In this document: piece by piece, positions 60,747-64,000 of the stretch | Position numbering within the stretch: position 1 is the stretch's first letter | How the letters are laid out: the number at the start of each line of letters is the position of its first letter | Assembly (NCBI GenBank): GCA_963822965.1 | Contig: CAWGJT010000005.1 | Coordinates: 288,001-352,000, forward strand | Length of the DNA: 64,000 bases | Reading direction: 5' to 3' | From: an uncultured delta proteobacterium | GTDB taxonomy: Bacteria; Myxococcota_A; UBA9160; UBA4427 | Translations under genes and position numbers: made by a program | The notes under the pieces: generated by a model | Seen by the model: the letters and a program-made list of their open reading frames with translations, nothing else | Told to the model about the DNA's origin: nothing | Database searches by the model: none

Positions 60747-62677
60747 GTGAGCTACCAGGTCATCGCGAGAAAGTGGCGTCCGCAGACCTTCGACGAGGTC
60801 AGCGGCCAGGCGCACGTCACGACGCCCCTGCGCAACGCGATCAAGACCGGTCGCGTCCCCCACGCCATCCTGCTCACGGGCCCCCGCGGCGTGGGCAAGA
60901 CGACCCTCGCTCGCATCCTGGCGCGCTGTCTCAACTGCGAGAACGGGCCGACGGACACCCCCTGCGGCACCTGCGACGCCTGCGTGGAGATCTCCGAGGG
61001 ACGCTCGACGGACGTCCAGGAGGTGGACGCCGCGAGCCGCACCAGCGTCGACGACGTGCGCGGGCTGATCGAGGCGATCCGCTACGCGCCCACGCCGGGC
61101 AAGCACCGCATCTTCGTCGTCGACGAGGTGCACATGCTCTCGGCGGCGGCCTTCAACGCCCTGCTCAAGACCCTCGAGGAGCCCCCGCCCTCGAGCCTCT
61201 TCGTATTCGCCACCACGAACCCCGAGAAGATCCCCTTCACGGTGCTGTCGCGCTGCCAGCGCTACGACCTGCGGCGCATCTCGACCAAGGAGATCGGCGC
61301 CCGGCTGAAGGACATCGCCGAGGCGGAGCAGGTGTCGATCTCCGACTCGAGCCTGCTGGCCGTCGCGCGCGAGGGCGACGGCTCCATGCGCGACGCGCAG
61401 ACCCTCTTCGACCAGGTGATCGCGTACGGGGGAACCGACGTTCGCGACGAGGTGGTCGCCGAGGTGCTCGACCTCATCGACCGCCGGCTGCTGCTCGAGA
61501 TCCTGGAGGCCTGCGTCGAGCAGGATCCGGCCGCGGCGCTCGTCGCCTGCGCCCGGGCGGCCGGCGGCGGGAGCGATCCCAAGCGTCTCTCCGAGCTGCT
61601 CGTGGGTCTGCTGCGCGATCTCACCGTGCTGCGCGTGGCACCCGACGCTTCGGGGCTGGTGGAGGGAAGCGACGAGGAGATCGCGGAGCTGCGCGCGCTG
61701 GCCGCGCGCAGCGAGCCGGCGCGCCTGCGCCGGATGTTCCGCGCCCTGGTTCGCGAGCAGGAAGACCTGGCCTGGGCTCCCGACCCGATGGCGGTGCTGG
61801 AGATGGCGATCGTCCGCGTAGCCACCCTGGCGAGCGGGGACGACGTGTCGCGACTGCTCGGCCGCATCGAGGCGCTCGAGCGCAGCCTCGCCGGCGGCGC
61901 CCCCGGTCGCGGCGGACCGGGAGGCGGCGGATCGCGCGGACGGGCTCCGGGGGCGCCCCCGGACGCTCGTCGACCGCAGCCGCCGACACCACGCGACCCG
62001 CCGATCCGAAGCTCGCCGGCCCGGCACCCGCCGTGCCCGCTGCCACCGACGCATCCGCCTCTTCTCTTGCGTCCGGGTCCGCCTCTTCTCTTGCGTCCGG
62101 GTCCGCCTCTTCTCTTGCGTCCGAGTCGACGATCTCGTCGGAGCCCGAGTCGACGATCTCGTCGGAGCCCGAGTCGACGGTCTCGTCGGAGCCCGAAGAC
62201 GACGGGCCCGAAGCAGCCGCCGCGCCCCCGCCGCCTCCCGCCCCGGACGACGCGCCGGGAATCGGCGCGCCGCTCGACGTGGTCTTCGACCGCCTGCGCG
62301 CACGCATTCGCGAGCAGAGCCCGGGCATGTTCGCGGCGCTGCAGGGCCTGCGACTGGTGACGCGCGAGAGCGGCCGCCTCGTCTTCGAGACTCCGAACGC
62401 GTTCAGCCGCCAGCGCCTGGAGAGTCGCCGCAACGACCTCGAGCGGCTCTGCGGGAGCTTCTTCGGCGGGGCCATGCGGATCGAGATCCGCGAGAACGAG
62501 GGCACGCGGGTGCAGAGCCCGCGCCCGCGCCACGAGGACACCCGACGCCTGCGCCAGGAGGCGCTGAACCACCCGCTGGTCAACAGCGCCCTCGAGGTGC
62601 TCGAGGCGGACATCGTCGAGATTCGTCCCCTGGGCACTCCCCCCGCGTCGCCGGCACCCGCCGGCGCCTCCCAGTGA
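60747..62677 (+). CDS. dnaX: DNA polymerase III gamma/tau, with a frame change near 61930-62000
   Basis: ARKWRPQTF, GPRGVGKTT, zinc-finger Cys, DEVHMLS, SRCQ; C-terminal ALNHPLVNSALEVL is in a second frame. Confidence 0.95.
62054..62194. repeat. Two adjacent 24-bp tandem arrays (~3 copies each) in the dnaX linker
   Basis: tccgcctcttctcttgcgtccggg x3, then gagtcgacgatctcgtcggagccc x3. Confidence 0.95.
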
Positions 62678-63024
62678 GCGAGGAAGCCATGCCTCCCCCC
62701 GAGCTCGGCGATCTCCTCAAGAAGGCCCAGCAGATGCAGGGCCGGCTCGCCGAGCTGCAGCGCGAGCTCGCGACACGACGCTACGAGGGCTCTGCCGGCG
62801 GCGGCATGGTGACGGCCGTGGCATCGGGCGAGCTGCGCATCCTCGAGGTGCGGATCGAGCCCGGGCTCGTCTCGGGGGGCGACCGCGAGATGATCCAGGA
62901 CCTCTGCGCGGCCGCGGTCAACGCGGCCCTCACCAACGCCCAACGAGGCGCCCAGGAGGAGATGAGCCGTCTCACCGGCGCGCTGGGCATCCCGGGCCCC
63001 GGTGGGCTCGGCTTCGGAGGCTGA
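62674..63024 (+). CDS. ybaB: YbaB/EbfC nucleoid-associated protein
   Basis: AQQMQ, GSAGGGMV, QDLCAAAVN; between dnaX and recR. Confidence 0.93.
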   Translation: MSEEAMPPPELGDLLKKAQQMQGRLAELQRELATRRYEGSAGGGMVTAVASGELRILEVRIEPGLVSGGDREMIQDLCAAAVNAALTNAQRGAQEEMSRLTGALGIPGPGGLGFGG

Positions 63025-63027
63025 AGC

Positions 63028-63630
63028 GTGCCGGGCTCCCCCGCGATCGAGCGCCTCGTGGCGTGCCTCAAGCGGCTGCCCGGCATCGGCGACAAGTCGG
63101 CTGCGCGTCTGGCCTTCTTCCTGCTGGGTGCGCCGGACTCGCTGGTGGCCGACCTGGCGGACGCCCTGGCGAGGCTCAAGCGCGAGACGGTCATGTGCGC
63201 CGAATGCTTCAACCTCGGCGATCGCAGCCCGTGCCCGATCTGTGCCGACGACCGACGCGACGAGTCGCTCGTGTGTGTCGTCGAGGAGCCGGGAGACCTG
63301 GCGGCGATCGAGAAGAGCGGAACCTTCCGCGGTCGCTACCACGTGCTCGGCGGAACCCTCTCCCCTCTCGACGGCATGGGGCCTTCGGAGCTTCGCATCG
63401 GCGAGCTCGAGCAGCGGGTGCGCACGGGCCGGGTGCGCGAGGTCATCCTGGCCACGAACCCCAACGCCGAAGGCGACGCGACGGCCCACTTCATCGGCGA
63501 TCGACTGCGGCCGACGGGCGTGCTCGTCTCCCGCATCGCCTACGGCATGCCCCTGGGCGGCGACCTCGAGTACGCGGACCACGTGACCGTCGGGCGTTCC
63601 CTCGAAAACCGGCGGAAGTACAGCGATTAA
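63028..63630 (+). CDS. recR: Recombination mediator RecR
   Basis: LPGIGDKSA, CAEC ... CPIC, YHVLGG, ATNPNAEG, GGDLEYAD. Confidence 0.97.
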   Translation: MPGSPAIERLVACLKRLPGIGDKSAARLAFFLLGAPDSLVADLADALARLKRETVMCAECFNLGDRSPCPICADDRRDESLVCVVEEPGDLAAIEKSGTFRGRYHVLGGTLSPLDGMGPSELRIGELEQRVRTGRVREVILATNPNAEGDATAHFIGDRLRPTGVLVSRIAYGMPLGGDLEYADHVTVGRSLENRRKYSD

Positions 63631-63638
63631 CAGCCTGG

Positions 63639-63660
63639 CGGGGCGGGCGCGCCCGCCCCG
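63639..63660. terminator. Perfect 22-bp palindrome after recR
   Basis: cggggcgggcgcgcccgccccg. Confidence 0.5.
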
Positions 63661-63831
63661 ACGAAGCCCTTCGAGACGCCGTCTCGGTGGAATCCGGGCG
63701 CTCTCCTGCTAAAGGCCGGGGGCGGCCCAACCGATCCACATGCCGGTCCGCGAGTTGCCCCGCGACTCCCGCGCCGGTACTTTGCGAAGGGATTGCCTTT
63801 CCAATTCGAGCGGTTACCGAGGCAGGTGCCG

Positions 63832-64000
63832 ATGTTCGACAGCCAGCTGGTCATGCTCGAGGACGACTTCCGCAAGGTCGCGGCGGTCAGCGATCGTCTC
63901 GTTCGCGACGCCAACGCGAAGGGCGTCTTCGTCGTCGACAAGGCCGGCCAGCTCGTCGCCGAGGCGGGCGAGATGCGCGGCATCGACAGCACCAGCCTCG
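63832..64000 (+). CDS. mglB: Roadblock/LC7 protein MglB (partial)
   Basis: QLVMLEDDF ... LVRDANAKGVFVVDKAGQL ... DSTSL; recR-mglBA synteny as in myxobacteria. Confidence 0.88.
   Translation, partial: MFDSQLVMLEDDFRKVAAVSDRLVRDANAKGVFVVDKAGQLVAEAGEMRGIDSTSL

Noticed and set aside
62054..62194. Repeat arrays as a CRISPR
   Set aside because: Head-to-tail coding repeats with no spacers; no cas genes.

Overview
High-GC bacterial chromosomal window. The tRNA-Ser ... ffs-dnaX-ybaB-recR-mglB order and a stand-alone EF-G of the spirochete/planctomycete/deltaproteobacterial type point to Myxococcota or a related deltaproteobacterial lineage (inference). Most content is core or metabolic: etfBA, efp, gltA, ctaA, fusA, infA, tRNA-Ser(CGA), SRP RNA, dnaX, recR and mglB. 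It also has lipid-related genes (three PlsC-type acyltransferases, a patatin, SDRs, a diiron ferritin-like enzyme), a two-partner secretion pair with a ~2300-aa TpsA, a glycine-rich autotransporter, and an ArsS-DedA-flavoprotein reductase operon. I found no integrase, transposase, prophage or CRISPR array. Many genes at ~3.3-15.3 kb and two after 58 kb carry single-base frameshifts, most likely assembly indels. The best leads are: (i) an orphan ParA translationally coupled to an acyltransferase and a degenerate SDR, with a paralogous SDR-acyltransferase module nearby; (ii) a ~185-nt rod-like structured RNA candidate before efp; (iii) several apparent pseudoenzymes; (iv) an unrecognised long repeat and C-terminal domain in the TpsA; (v) a clear TetR promoter/operator. 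All family assignments come from motif reading, not database searches.
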